A stretch of 64,000 nucleotides of DNA from Verrucomicrobiia bacterium (GTDB lineage: Bacteria > Verrucomicrobiota > Verrucomicrobiia > Limisphaerales > UBA1319): NCBI GenBank assembly GCA_963664225.1, contig OY760937.1, positions 800,001 to 864,000 of the forward strand, written 5' to 3'. This document shows positions 21,239 to 31,594 of this stretch, piece after piece (position 1 is the first letter of the stretch; each line of letters starts with the position of its first letter). Made by a program: the position numbers and the translations under genes. The notes beneath the pieces are model-generated. The model was not told the origin of the DNA and made no database searches. It worked only from the letters and a program-made list of their open reading frames with translations.

Positions 21239-22255
21239 TCACTTGGCGTCCTTGTGGCGCAACTGGACTTGTGTGATTTCAGAAAATGAAATGCCCACAT
21301 CGGCATTACCGCCGCGGGCCAGTTGGATATGAACCTCGTTGCCGGTGATGCGTGTAAAGCGACGCGCCTGATACTCGTCCTTGACTGTTTTAATCACGAT
21401 GACCATTTCTTTTTCCGCATCGCCAAGAACCATACGAAAATATCCCGGGAATTTGGTCTCGAAAAACCGGCGGTCGAAGTTGGCATCGTTGCGCGTGTAG
21501 GTTGCAGGCTGCAACGCGGTTGGGGCGGCCTTGCCGCCTTTATTCATGCTCAGAGCGCCACTGCCACCGGGAGGCGGGGGCGCGCCATGCTCCGCGGAAG
21601 TCTCGGCGCTGGGTCGGGCCGGCTCGCCTGAAGCGCCATAGTCATGCAGCGATGGCAGGGATAGAAAAATCAAGGGGCCAACGACGGGCAGCAACGCGGA
21701 TACGCCGCAGACCAGGGGAACGGGACGGCCCCGGAAAAGGGCCACTTCATAAGCTGCGAACAGGTTGGCCAGGCAAAGCAGAGCCAGTATCGCCATGGTC
21801 ACGGGGGCGGTGACGATATCCATGAAATTGCCCTTAGCCGGCGGCAGTTCGATTCTCTCGACCGGCTTGGGGGTGAACGCTTTTTTGACAGGCGCCTTTT
21901 TCGGCTTTAAATCCAAGGGGACATCCAGGAACGGCTCTGCAAATTTCTGGGCCTGGGGATATTTAATCAACTGCTGGAGGGTTTCCTGAGTGAACTTGGT
22001 CCAGGAAACGCGGTCTGAGAATCCGCCGATGTTCAACCGGACCACCAGGCCGTCTTCATTGGCGGAGGCAATTTCTCCTTTGAGAATGTCGCCCGTGGTC
22101 ATGACAAATTCATTTGTAGAGGCATTTGTGGACGCACTTATGGGGGGATTCGCGGGTGTATTTGTGGTGTCCTGGGCGGTAGCATTCCACGCGTTGGGGC
22201 CGACCATTCCTCCCAACAAGCAAACCCAAACAATAATTATGTATGTGCGGAACAT
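21239..22255 (-). CDS. Hypothetical membrane protein with signal peptide
   Basis: 338-aa ORF in the minus-strand gene run; signal peptide and two TM helices. Confidence 0.75.
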   Translation of the reverse strand: MFRTYIIIVWVCLLGGMVGPNAWNATAQDTTNTPANPPISASTNASTNEFVMTTGDILKGEIASANEDGLVVRLNIGGFSDRVSWTKFTQETLQQLIKYPQAQKFAEPFLDVPLDLKPKKAPVKKAFTPKPVERIELPPAKGNFMDIVTAPVTMAILALLCLANLFAAYEVALFRGRPVPLVCGVSALLPVVGPLIFLSLPSLHDYGASGEPARPSAETSAEHGAPPPPGGSGALSMNKGGKAAPTALQPATYTRNDANFDRRFFETKFPGYFRMVLGDAEKEMVIVIKTVKDEYQARRFTRITGNEVHIQLARGGNADVGISFSEITQVQLRHKDAK

Positions 22256-22333
22256 GATGGGACACTCTTTAGCAAAGCGTTTGGGCCAGAGAAAGCAAAA
22301 TCCGAGGGCATTTCGCCGGGGCCGATCCCGGGA

Positions 22334-22945
22334 TCAAATGGTTAATTGAACTGATTTTTCCTGAAGCTGGGATTCCCACCGGGCCAGAAAGCTCAGCGTC
22401 CTGTAAATTTGTTCCAAACGGTCCAATGACAGGGCTTGCGGGCGGGCAGGGGAAGGGGCTTCATCCCAAACGCGGCTAAGTTCTTTTAATTCGTTTTCCA
22501 AGCCGCTGGAAACCCCGTTTAATTTCTTCCGCAGCACCGATATTTGATCGGCCCAATCGAGGCCCTTTTCAAAGAGTTGCACTTTGAGCAAGGGGGAGGT
22601 GACTTGTTTGCGCTCAGTCAAAAAAAGGTCGAGTTGTTTGCATAGCTGCGCGACTTCCATGAAGTATTCCATCGTGCCGGGGGGAATGCGCTGGATGTCG
22701 CGGAGGGGCGCGCCGGATTCGAGCATGATCAGATGGAGAAGGCGCTCCTTTGTGTTGCTCAAGCACTGATAGGCTGCGTTGAGTTCGGCATACCTGGCAT
22801 TGGCCGACTGTCTGGCCTCCGCCCCCTGTTGGTGAACCCGGTCGGGATGGCATTGGGTCGATAGGGAGAGAAATTTATTCTTCAGCCCTTCGGGAGCGAT
22901 CCAAGGCCGACGTGTTTCACCCAAAAGCGCGAAGTAGTCTGTCAT
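22334..22945 (-). CDS. hscB: HscB-like J-domain co-chaperone
   Basis: DYFALLG, HPD, LNAAYQCL; adjacent to an A-type Fe-S carrier. Confidence 0.75.
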   Translation of the reverse strand: MTDYFALLGETRRPWIAPEGLKNKFLSLSTQCHPDRVHQQGAEARQSANARYAELNAAYQCLSNTKERLLHLIMLESGAPLRDIQRIPPGTMEYFMEVAQLCKQLDLFLTERKQVTSPLLKVQLFEKGLDWADQISVLRKKLNGVSSGLENELKELSRVWDEAPSPARPQALSLDRLEQIYRTLSFLARWESQLQEKSVQLTI

Positions 22946-22947
22946 GG

Positions 22948-23337
22948 TCAGGCGCTAAAGCTTTCGCCGCAGGAGCAGGTATTTGTGGCGTTGGGATTGT
23001 TGACCTTAAAACCGCCGCCCATCAAGGCGTCCACAAAATCGAGTTCCGATCCGGTCACATAGAGGGCGCTTTTGGGGTCCACCACGACTTTGACTCCGCG
23101 CGCAACGACCAGAAAATCCCGGTCTGCGGGGCCATCCTGAAGGTCCATTTTGTATTGCAACCCTGAGCACCCGCCTCCCACCACTGCGATCCGCAATACG
23201 CCGTTGGGACGACCTTGTTTTTGAAGCAAGGCCAGGATTTTCTCCGCGGCAGCCGGAGAAATGCGTATTAAACGCTCATCACCAGTGCGATAGTTCGGGG
23301 CCGGGTTGCCCCCGTTTTGTGCTGTGTCCGGTGTCAT
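22948..23337 (-). CDS. A-type Fe-S cluster carrier (IscA/ErpA/HesB family)
   Basis: GGGCSGLQY and NPNA..CSCGESF. Confidence 0.95.
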   Translation of the reverse strand: MTPDTAQNGGNPAPNYRTGDERLIRISPAAAEKILALLQKQGRPNGVLRIAVVGGGCSGLQYKMDLQDGPADRDFLVVARGVKVVVDPKSALYVTGSELDFVDALMGGGFKVNNPNATNTCSCGESFSA

Positions 23338-23373
23338 CGGAATGTTTGAACCTATTATTGCTGAAGAACCTGG

Positions 23374-24837
23374 TTAACGCGCCTGAACCGGTTTGCTGCC
23401 GTTGGGTTTGGGCATGAACATGTCCTCCGAGGTCAGACCGCACTCGCGGATCATTTGAAAGCAATAATCCAGGCGTCCAATATCATTGTCCCCGTTATTG
23501 GTGCCAAACGAAAATTTGGCGCCGGCTTTTTTGGCCATTTTGATGAAGGCCGGGCTGGGCAGTTTGTAGCGGGCGTTGATTTCAATGGCCACTCCGTGGT
23601 TAACCGCAGCGTCGATGACTTTGCTCATGCGCTCCGGGGTCCACAAAGCGTCATATTCTGCGGCGATTTCATCGGGCAAGAACGTGGGATTGACGTAAAT
23701 GTCGATGGGTTCGTTGCTCAGAATGCCGACCGCGCGTTTGACCAGCATTTCCATGAATTCCTGTTTGTCTCCGACTTCCACTTCGTCCTTGATCCACAGG
23801 CGCATCCTCCTTCCCTTGTCATTGGAGAAGGTCATGGAGTCGGTGAACACGTAGTCAAATTTGGCGATCGCTTCCTTCGAGAACATTTTGACCCATTCAC
23901 GGCCTTCGGCCTGCATTCCGATAAAGACGGGTTGACCGCGCATTTTTGCGAGGAAGTCGTCGATGCCAGCGTCATTGGTAATGGAGAAGCCGACGCCGCA
24001 ATTCATGGCGACTCCGTAGAAAATGCCGGACTTATGGGATTGCGCCAGTGCCTGATCCATTGTCAGGCCGCCTTTAAGATGGGCGTGAAAATTGACCAAT
24101 GGGAAATTGTCGTGGCTTAATTGAATGACCTGTTTGTAATAATCATCCACGACAGGAGTTTCATCGGTGCCAGATTCTGCGGTGTCGGGCAGTGCGCGAA
24201 CCCGCAGGTTCTTAAAGAGGGCCTTGCTGTTTTGATCATGGCATTGAAGGGCGAAGGTGCCGTGGGATAAGCGCTTTGCTGGGCTGGTCGCGTCAGCGGC
24301 CTCCACGTAATCGACTACCAGAATATCATTAAGACGGACCTGCACACGGTGTCCCGTCACCTTGATATTCATGTTGAACCATTCATCATCCCGCACGATG
24401 GATTTATAGGTATTGCGAATTCCGTAAAGGCTCCCGGTCTTTTTAAATTCGTAATAATTCCCTTGTTTGGGCTGGGTGTTGTTGATTTGAACTTCAAAGC
24501 CCGCCCTGGGCCATCCGGCGTTGTCGAATGCGGTGTGGAAATAAATGCCGGAGTTGGCCCCAGCATGGGTCATGACATCCGCGCTGAATTCAAAATTCTT
24601 AAAGTCCGCAGCGCCATCCTTGCCCATATAAAAGAGATGGGCGCGATCTCCATCCGCGGCAATGCAGCCATCGGACACTTTAAACGAAGACTGGCGCTCG
24701 CCAGCCTTCCATCCGTCGAGACTTTTTCCATCGAACAACGGCGTCCAAACTGGCTCGGCGCCAGCCGTTTCCGCCTGGGCAACGCAAAGGATTGTGCAAC
24801 ACAAACCTGCCGCAACCATCAATAGACGTTTCAACAT
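23374..24837 (-). CDS. Secreted DUF1080 domain protein fused to a PHP-like domain
   Basis: LFDGKSLDGW, ANSGIYFH, FALQCHD, FKNLRVR; C-terminal HAH, AIEINARY, FSFGTN. Confidence 0.8.
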   Translation of the reverse strand: MLKRLLMVAAGLCCTILCVAQAETAGAEPVWTPLFDGKSLDGWKAGERQSSFKVSDGCIAADGDRAHLFYMGKDGAADFKNFEFSADVMTHAGANSGIYFHTAFDNAGWPRAGFEVQINNTQPKQGNYYEFKKTGSLYGIRNTYKSIVRDDEWFNMNIKVTGHRVQVRLNDILVVDYVEAADATSPAKRLSHGTFALQCHDQNSKALFKNLRVRALPDTAESGTDETPVVDDYYKQVIQLSHDNFPLVNFHAHLKGGLTMDQALAQSHKSGIFYGVAMNCGVGFSITNDAGIDDFLAKMRGQPVFIGMQAEGREWVKMFSKEAIAKFDYVFTDSMTFSNDKGRRMRLWIKDEVEVGDKQEFMEMLVKRAVGILSNEPIDIYVNPTFLPDEIAAEYDALWTPERMSKVIDAAVNHGVAIEINARYKLPSPAFIKMAKKAGAKFSFGTNNGDNDIGRLDYCFQMIRECGLTSEDMFMPKPNGSKPVQAR

Positions 24838-25052
24838 AAATTATTTTGCGTTCAGAATTTCTGAATGAGCTTCAAATACGCTTTCATGGATGGACTACGG
24901 TGGCAAGCGCGGAATTCGAAGCGCCGCGAATGACGATGGATGAGAGTGTCAAACGAAATGGAGGTCCCCCTGAAATGAACAAAAAAAGTATAATCCGTCG
25001 TTTTTTCGCGTGACAATAAAAACAGGTCACTTATATTTGGCCTCCCTTTAGC

Positions 25053-25127
25053 GACCCTATGGTCTAGCGGTTAGGACACCACCCTTTCACGGTGGTAGCT
25101 CGGGTTCGATTCCCGATAGGGTCGCCA
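25053..25127 (+). tRNA. tRNA-Glu(TTC)
   Basis: Acceptor stem GACCCTA/TAGGGTC, anticodon arm CCACC-CTTTCAC-GGTGG, GTTCGATT, encoded CCA. Confidence 0.97.
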
Positions 25128-25469
25128 TTTTTGCTCTGAGTCGATCAGTTAAAACTTCATAAGCGGCATGGAGCCATTCTTAGAAAACCAGTCGTAAAGG
25201 CAATTCCCGCAATTCATTATGAGGCTCTTCGGGGTTGACTGGGGTTTTAGCCGGGAAGATTTGGAACAAAGGAGGGGACCAAAAGAATGTGCGCGGAGTA
25301 TTGCCTTTAAGCCCGGTTCTGGCACAATAGCTTTTGAACGGAAGACTGATCGACGGCCAATCAAGTCCTGGGTTTGGTCAAAATTACCGGCTTGAGGCTT
25401 CAGCACTGAGTTCGAGTGCGCGAGGTGGTTTGAGGGGCGCGGGAGGATTGGTCTGGCCGGATTGTTTGA

Positions 25470-25546
25470 GCGCTCGTAGCTCAGTTGGATAGAGCAACGG
25501 ATTTCTAATCCGTTGGTCGTGGGTTCGAATCCCGCCGGGCGCACCA
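25470..25546 (+). tRNA. tRNA-Arg(TCT)
   Basis: GCGCTCG/CGGGCGC stem, ACGGA-TTTCTAA-TCCGT, GTTCGAATC, encoded CCA. Confidence 0.97.
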
Positions 25547-25604
25547 ACTTTTGGAAACTTCAAAAACTTCTGCCAGAAAATACTCGAGTCAGGTGTTAAC
25601 GAAG

Positions 25605-26117
25605 CTAGGGCAGCGCTTTGGCGGCGCTTAGGGAGGGCGGGGGTTCTGACGCGTGGTGACCAAAAAGTCGTTTTCTATTATGGAACAGGTAATAGCAAAT
25701 GAACATGTTGATCACGAGGATGCAGCCCACGATGATTGTAAACGCATGACTGAGGTTGAAGACTTCGATGGGGATGAAGAATGCGGATTCTCCGATTGCG
25801 AGCCAGCCAGCCCAACTGATGCGCAAGAGCAAGCCTGTTCCCTCGATTAAAGAGAACAGGCTGTAAATAAAAGTTCCCACCGCCACCCAATAGACATTGG
25901 TGGGCGTGACCTGGGCGAGTTTTGCCGCCAGGTGGCTGAAGAAAACGCTTTCAGGGTCCAAGTGAACGGCGCGAAGCGTCTGGTCCAGAGCGGCATGCAA
26001 GTCTTCGCCGGCCAGGCAATAAATGCCAATGGCCAGCGATAACAGCAGCAGGCCTTTGGCCAGTTTGAATGCAATGATGCCGTAAAAACCGGCAAGCCGC
26101 TTTGACGGACTGGACAT
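25605..26117 (-). CDS. DUF2127 family membrane protein
   Basis: IIAFKLAKG, EGTGL..W, FIPIEV; start overlaps the glyQS stop. Confidence 0.8.
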   Translation of the reverse strand: MSSPSKRLAGFYGIIAFKLAKGLLLLSLAIGIYCLAGEDLHAALDQTLRAVHLDPESVFFSHLAAKLAQVTPTNVYWVAVGTFIYSLFSLIEGTGLLLRISWAGWLAIGESAFFIPIEVFNLSHAFTIIVGCILVINMFICYYLFHNRKRLFGHHASEPPPSLSAAKALP

Positions 26118-27733
26118 CAACGAATCTTTTCCAACAGCATCGGCACCAGTTCGCTGATTTTGACCCGGGTTTGCTGCATTGAATCACGATCACGCAGGGT
26201 GACGGTGTCCAATAACTCTGGTTTTTCGCCGAGGGTGTCGAAGTCGATGGTGACGCCGAAAGGTGTTCCCGCCTCATCCTGTCGGCGGTAGCGACGGCCA
26301 ATGGCCCCGGCTTCGTCGTAGAAAACGGTCATGTGGGGCCGCAGTAAATCACGGACCTCCATGGCTTTTTTGACAATTTCAGGCCTGTTTTTGAGCAACG
26401 GAAACACGCCCACTTTGATGGGGGCCACGCGGGGATGAAATTTCATCACGACGCGGGTCTCGGATTTGCCTTTGTCGTCGGTGACGGTTTCTTCGTTATA
26501 CGCATGGCAGATCAGAGCGAGGACCAGACGATCGACTCCCGCGCTGGGTTCGATGACGTGCGGCAGGTAGCGGCTCTTGTCTTCTTCATCGAAGTATTCC
26601 ATCGATTTGCCGCTGAATTTCTGGTGCTGCGTGAGATCGAAGTTGCCGCGAGCGGCAATGCCTTCCAATTCCTGGGTGCCAAAGGGGAATTTGTAGAGAA
26701 TATCGACCGTGGCTTTTGCGTAATGGGCGAGTTCCTCTTTTTTCTGCCAATAAAAGTCGAGGCAATCCTGGTCCAGACCGATGCTTGCATACCATTTGAT
26801 GCGCTCATCGACCCAGTATTTGTGCCATTCCGACCAACCCCAATTGGGTTGCGGCTGGCCCGGTGTTACATCGGCTTCCGGGGCGGATTTAACGGCAATC
26901 TCGTCGGGCTTGATAAAGAATTCGAGCTCCATTTGCTCGAATTCACGCGAACGAAATGTGAAATTGCGGGGATTGATTTCGTTGCGGAACGCCTTGCCAA
27001 TCTGGCAGATGCCGAATGGAACCTTTTGACGAGAAACGTCGAGAACGTTCTTGAACTGGGCAAAAATAGCCTGGGCCGTTTCTGGCCGCAAAAAGGCGGT
27101 GTTGTCCGCGCTTTCAACGGGACCCACGAAGGTCTTGAACATGAGGTTAAACGGACGGGCCTCGGTCAGGAGACTGCCGTTTTCCGGGTTGAACCGGGTT
27201 GAATTGACCTCTTCCTCGGTTCGCTCCCCGAGAAGTTCCGGCGCAGTCAGACCCCGACCCAAATAGAATTGTTTGGCGATCTTACGTGCGTGTTCCGGGT
27301 GTTTTCCTGTGGCCACCAATACGGAGTAGGCTTCGGAACTGGCCTTGCCATTGCCTTCGTCTTTTGCGCCTGTAAAATGGTAAATGGTGCCGGATTGCGG
27401 TTCGATCTGGTCGGCGCGAAAGCGTTTTTTGGTGAGCAGGCAATCGACCATGGGATCGCTGAAGGTGGCGGTGTGACCACTGGCCTCCCAGATTTTGGGG
27501 TGCATGATAATGCTGGCGTCCAGACCCACAACGTCATCGCGCTGCTGGGTCATGCTGCGCCACCAACGATCTTTAACGTTGCGTTTTAGTTCGGCGCCGA
27601 GTGGGCCGTAATCCCAAAACCCGTTGATACCGCCGTAAATCTCCGACGATTGAAAAACAAAGCCCCGCCGTTTGCAGAGGGAAACGATTTTCTCCATCTG
27701 CTCATTCACTTTTGGCTCCTGCGCTTCAGACAT
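26117..27733 (-). CDS. glyQS: Glycine--tRNA ligase (alpha2 type)
   Basis: KRRGFVFQSSEIYGG..DYGPLG, LRPETAQ, GKAFRNEI, REFEQME, VIEPSAG, IGRRYRRQDE. Confidence 0.97.
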   Translation of the reverse strand: MSEAQEPKVNEQMEKIVSLCKRRGFVFQSSEIYGGINGFWDYGPLGAELKRNVKDRWWRSMTQQRDDVVGLDASIIMHPKIWEASGHTATFSDPMVDCLLTKKRFRADQIEPQSGTIYHFTGAKDEGNGKASSEAYSVLVATGKHPEHARKIAKQFYLGRGLTAPELLGERTEEEVNSTRFNPENGSLLTEARPFNLMFKTFVGPVESADNTAFLRPETAQAIFAQFKNVLDVSRQKVPFGICQIGKAFRNEINPRNFTFRSREFEQMELEFFIKPDEIAVKSAPEADVTPGQPQPNWGWSEWHKYWVDERIKWYASIGLDQDCLDFYWQKKEELAHYAKATVDILYKFPFGTQELEGIAARGNFDLTQHQKFSGKSMEYFDEEDKSRYLPHVIEPSAGVDRLVLALICHAYNEETVTDDKGKSETRVVMKFHPRVAPIKVGVFPLLKNRPEIVKKAMEVRDLLRPHMTVFYDEAGAIGRRYRRQDEAGTPFGVTIDFDTLGEKPELLDTVTLRDRDSMQQTRVKISELVPMLLEKIR

Positions 27734-28086
27734 AAGGGGATAGTTTTAGGGAAGCGACCGTTCATGTCAATAAGACACGGAAAAAATGGGAAGTGAAGGT
27801 TATAAACATGGATGGAAAGGATGGGGAAATGGGGAGAATGGATAAGGGCAGAATGGATAATGGACAACCGGGGTCCCGTCCTAAAATAGGTTGTCACTAA
27901 TGAGACAACAAAACAGTGTTCGAAGGGTGGGGATACGGTACAGTGAGTCGTTTAAAATGGCCGTGGTTCGGGAGCTGGAAGAGGGCGAAATGTCCTTTGA
28001 GCCCGAAATCCGAAATAGGAACGGCCCATCTGACGCAATCATTTGGCCATCCATGGTTTGAAACCGGCTGTGGAGTATTGATTTAA

Positions 28087-29618
28087 CCCGAACTCCGAAG
28101 TTAGGTCGGTTTTTTTAGGGAACCGCTAACCCCTCCGGTCATATTCCGCCCCCTCCGAAAGCTTGCCGGGCTTCCGGTGGCACCAACTTCGGCGACGCGC
28201 TTTTCAACCAGTTCAACGTGGTTTCTATCAACGGCTTGTGTTTAGCCAGTCCACCCCAGGCCGCCGAGAGCCTCACCACCACATCACGCCCCATCGTTCC
28301 CAAGAGGGCTCCCGCCAGAAAAACCGTCGTCCGCAATGTTCCTGGCTGGCGGTATGGCTGGGTTGGAGTGGTCTGATGCTGGTAAAGACTCAGCAGGTTG
28401 AATGTGAAGAGCACCGCCAGAAACGCCGACTCGGTGGCGAAAAACGATTTCAGGCAAAAACCGTTGGCAGCCAGATCATTCTTCAGCTCCTCGATCCGCT
28501 GCTCGATGGTGGCCCTTCCGTTGTAGTCCCTCCACAGTTCCAGCGCGCCTTCACTTCGGTTGGTGACGCACACTCGAAAGGTGTAACCGGGCACATCAAT
28601 GAGCTTGCGACCCAGAGCCTCCTTGTCTTCCCTGATCCGCTCCCGCAGCACCACGAATCGCCGGGCAGTGGACCAGCCAAAGAGTTGGGCTCTAAACTCC
28701 CCCACGGCATGATTTTCATCGATGGCTTTCCAGTTCTGGATTCCCACGCAATGGTATTTGATCGTGGAGGTCATGCGCGCCACCACAATGTAGGTTAATT
28801 TGCGCATTTCCAAAAACGTCACTAACGCCTCATCGAAGAACCCGCTGTCGGCACGCACGCACCGAATCCACGTTCCCTCGGGCAACAGGGCCAATGCCTC
28901 CTGCAAAAACGGCACCACCCCGCGCGCGGCTCCGGTGTTGCCGCTGCGCAACCATCCATGCAGGATAAACGGCGCTTCGGCCAGCACCGCCAGGAGCGGA
29001 TGATGGCTCTTGCGCCCCTTGCGGCGTGGATTGTACCCCTTGGCAGCCCCCTCCTGCGAACCCTCCCGGCAGAACACGGTCGAATCCAGATCCAACGAGA
29101 AGCCTGCCTTGGGGCAGGCCAGCAGATTGAGCAGCCATCGCCAGAGCGGTCGCCAGAACGCTTCGATGTGGCCCTGGCCAAAGTGCAGGAAGAAGTTGCG
29201 GATGGTGTCATCGCCCGGGAAACGTTCCATCCCCAGCATGGCGTGCAGAACATGATCGGCACGCAGCCACTGACAGTGGGCAAAGCGGCGTGCTCCCGCC
29301 ACCACAGATACGATAAAACTGGTCAGCGTATGGGCTAGAGGAATGGCATTAGGTGAAGTGGGCGCGGCAAACGGCAAGCACCGCTGCACCGCCTGCGCAT
29401 AGCCGATCTGACCCAAAAAGGTTATGAATGAAGCCAGACCGCCGAAGGGGGTTATGGCCTTGGGAGTCTCATCCAGATAGAGCTTGGCTTGGCCGAAAAG
29501 AGCGCTAATTTCGACTGGGGTCGTTTTGTGCGAGTCTGAAGCGGGCTTGTTTAGCATCAAACCCTATTGCCTCAGAAGGTTGCGCATTGCGACCTCTTTT
29601 TCTATCTCGGAGTTCGGG
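28087..29618 (-). mobile_element. IS1380-family insertion sequence
   Basis: IR CCCGAACTCCGA at both ends; TSD TTTAA (28082-28086; right copy 29619 + 31595-31598). Confidence 0.92.
28139..29557 (-). CDS. IS1380-family DDE transposase
   Basis: TPFGGL, LDLDST, GYNP, HHPL, LRSGN, VRADSGFF, YNGRATIEQRIEELK. Confidence 0.92.
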   Translation of the reverse strand: MLNKPASDSHKTTPVEISALFGQAKLYLDETPKAITPFGGLASFITFLGQIGYAQAVQRCLPFAAPTSPNAIPLAHTLTSFIVSVVAGARRFAHCQWLRADHVLHAMLGMERFPGDDTIRNFFLHFGQGHIEAFWRPLWRWLLNLLACPKAGFSLDLDSTVFCREGSQEGAAKGYNPRRKGRKSHHPLLAVLAEAPFILHGWLRSGNTGAARGVVPFLQEALALLPEGTWIRCVRADSGFFDEALVTFLEMRKLTYIVVARMTSTIKYHCVGIQNWKAIDENHAVGEFRAQLFGWSTARRFVVLRERIREDKEALGRKLIDVPGYTFRVCVTNRSEGALELWRDYNGRATIEQRIEELKNDLAANGFCLKSFFATESAFLAVLFTFNLLSLYQHQTTPTQPYRQPGTLRTTVFLAGALLGTMGRDVVVRLSAAWGGLAKHKPLIETTLNWLKSASPKLVPPEARQAFGGGGI

Positions 29619-29619
29619 T

Positions 29620-31594
29620 GTGCGCCAGTGAAATTGGTAGCCTCGTGGGTGAAAGTCCCGCCGGTCGAATTAGACGGTTCACGACCGAAATGCAGCGTCC
29701 GGGACGAGGCCGTGAGGCCGAACCACAAGCGGGACGCTGAAAGAACTGTCGGGTCGTAACGAAAGTAAACCTCATCAAATGAGCTCCGAAACCGAAATAA
29801 CCGGTAAGCCGAGCCGCTACCCGAACGGCGAAGGCAGAAACGCGGCGTCATCAAATCGTCAAATGGGCGCTGTTGATTCCGGCGGAGTCAGCGAGGGCGA
29901 CACGACAGGAAGGGAAACCAAGGTAAGCTGGGAGATCTCTGGAGGCGGGGCGATAAAGCCTCAACCGCCGGTGCAAGGAGGAACACCCTCCGAGGCCGCA
30001 CGGGCAGCCAGAGAAGTCGGAGTCTTCCATAGTAGCGAAGAAGCTGGGGCGACCAAAACCCCGGCGGAGCCAAGGGAAGGCACTTGGATCGAAGCGAATC
30101 AAAACAGCGAGGGACAGGGAGATGGCCTTGAGGGAGTGGAAACACTTTTTCAACGGATAACAACCCCGATAAAAGTTCAAAAGCTGCAGCGAGCGCTATA
30201 TTGCAAAGCCAAGGCTGAGCCGAAGTATCGGTTTTACAGCCTCTACGGAGAACTGCTGCGGAAGGACGTGCTGGAAACGGCAATGGCCTCCGTGGCGCAC
30301 AACAATGGCGCGGCTGGGATCGACGGGCAGACATGCGACGTCTATCTTGCCAGCGACGAAGCCTGGGACCAATGGCGGAACCAACTGCTGGAGGAGTTAC
30401 GCACGAAGAAGTATCGGCCAAGCCCGGTGAAGCGTGTGTATATACCAAAAGGAGACGGGAAGCTGCGACCCCTGGGCATCCCGACAGTGAAAGACCGGGT
30501 GGTGCAGACAGCGGTGGTGATTGTATTGCTGCCGATTCTGGAAGCCGATAGTCATCCGAACAGTTACGCCTATCATCCCAAACGCAATGCCCACCAAGCA
30601 ATGGAGGCGATCAAGAAGGCTACGCTGACAGGACGCGTCGAAGTTATAGACGCGGACTTAAGCGGGTATTTTGACAGCATTCCCCACAGGCGTTTGTTGC
30701 GCATAGTGGCCAAGCGGGTCAGCGATGGAACAATTCTCAAGCTGATCGCAGGATGGCTGCGCGCGCCCGTGAATGAACCGCAAAGCGACACAGGGAAAGG
30801 CGGGACAAAGGGGGGGCAAGGTCAGAATCGACGGGGGACTCCGCAAGGCGGGGTTGTATCGCCGATTTTAGCCAATGCATACCTCAACCAGTTGGATTGG
30901 GAAGTCAACGAACGCTGCGAACTCAAACCCGTGATGGTGAGATACGCGGATGATTTCGTGATACTCGGACAGCCGGGGCAGGGACGGGAACTGATGGAAC
31001 GACTGGAACGATGGCTGAAGCAACGCGAGTTAGTGCTCAACGAGAAGAAGACCCGCTTGGTGGACCTCCGCCAGGATGGCATCAAATTCTTGGGATTCGC
31101 GCTAACAATGCGACAGGGGAAGGGGAAATGGAAATATCCGCATGTGGAACCCCATCCCAAGAGCCAGAAGAAGTTTCGAGACGGGATTCGGGAGAAACTC
31201 AACCGAAGCACGCTATGGCGTGATATCGGAGAGGTGATTCCCGAGCTCAACAAGAAACTCAAAGGTTGGAAGGGTTACTTTCACTACGGGAACAGCACCA
31301 AGGTGATGGGCCAGATGAACGAATACGTCAGCAGCAAGTTACAACGATGGTTGTGGCGCAAACACGGATGTAGTCGGGCGCAATGGTCCACATACCCCAA
31401 GGAGGATCTCTATGAGCGTTATGGTTTATACCAAATGCCGGAATATGCGGCATGGAAACGATGACGTCGAAGCGATGCAACGTATGATCCCCGGAGAGCC
31501 GGATGCGGGAAAACCGCCTGTCCGGTTCGATGAGGGGCGAAATGCGACGGTCATTGGCCACGGCCATTCAATCCGTCCATTTCGCCTACTCTAC
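29620..31594 (+). mobile_element. Group II intron, copy 2
   Basis: Same length and ends as copy 1 (offset 25745); all translated internal ORFs identical. Confidence 0.95.
30136..31464 (+). CDS. ltrA: Group II intron reverse transcriptase/maturase
   Basis: Protein identical to copy 1 (YADD); start uncertain. Confidence 0.9.
   Translation: METLFQRITTPIKVQKLQRALYCKAKAEPKYRFYSLYGELLRKDVLETAMASVAHNNGAAGIDGQTCDVYLASDEAWDQWRNQLLEELRTKKYRPSPVKRVYIPKGDGKLRPLGIPTVKDRVVQTAVVIVLLPILEADSHPNSYAYHPKRNAHQAMEAIKKATLTGRVEVIDADLSGYFDSIPHRRLLRIVAKRVSDGTILKLIAGWLRAPVNEPQSDTGKGGTKGGQGQNRRGTPQGGVVSPILANAYLNQLDWEVNERCELKPVMVRYADDFVILGQPGQGRELMERLERWLKQRELVLNEKKTRLVDLRQDGIKFLGFALTMRQGKGKWKYPHVEPHPKSQKKFRDGIREKLNRSTLWRDIGEVIPELNKKLKGWKGYFHYGNSTKVMGQMNEYVSSKLQRWLWRKHGCSRAQWSTYPKEDLYERYGLYQMPEYAAWKR

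Noticed and set aside
25053..25546. tRNA-anchored integrative element
   Set aside because: No integrase and no duplicated tRNA 3' end was noticed in the window.
29620..31594. Second intron copy as an assembly duplicate
   Set aside because: The flanks differ and each reconstitutes its own host TSD precisely, as expected for independent insertions (long reads would settle it).
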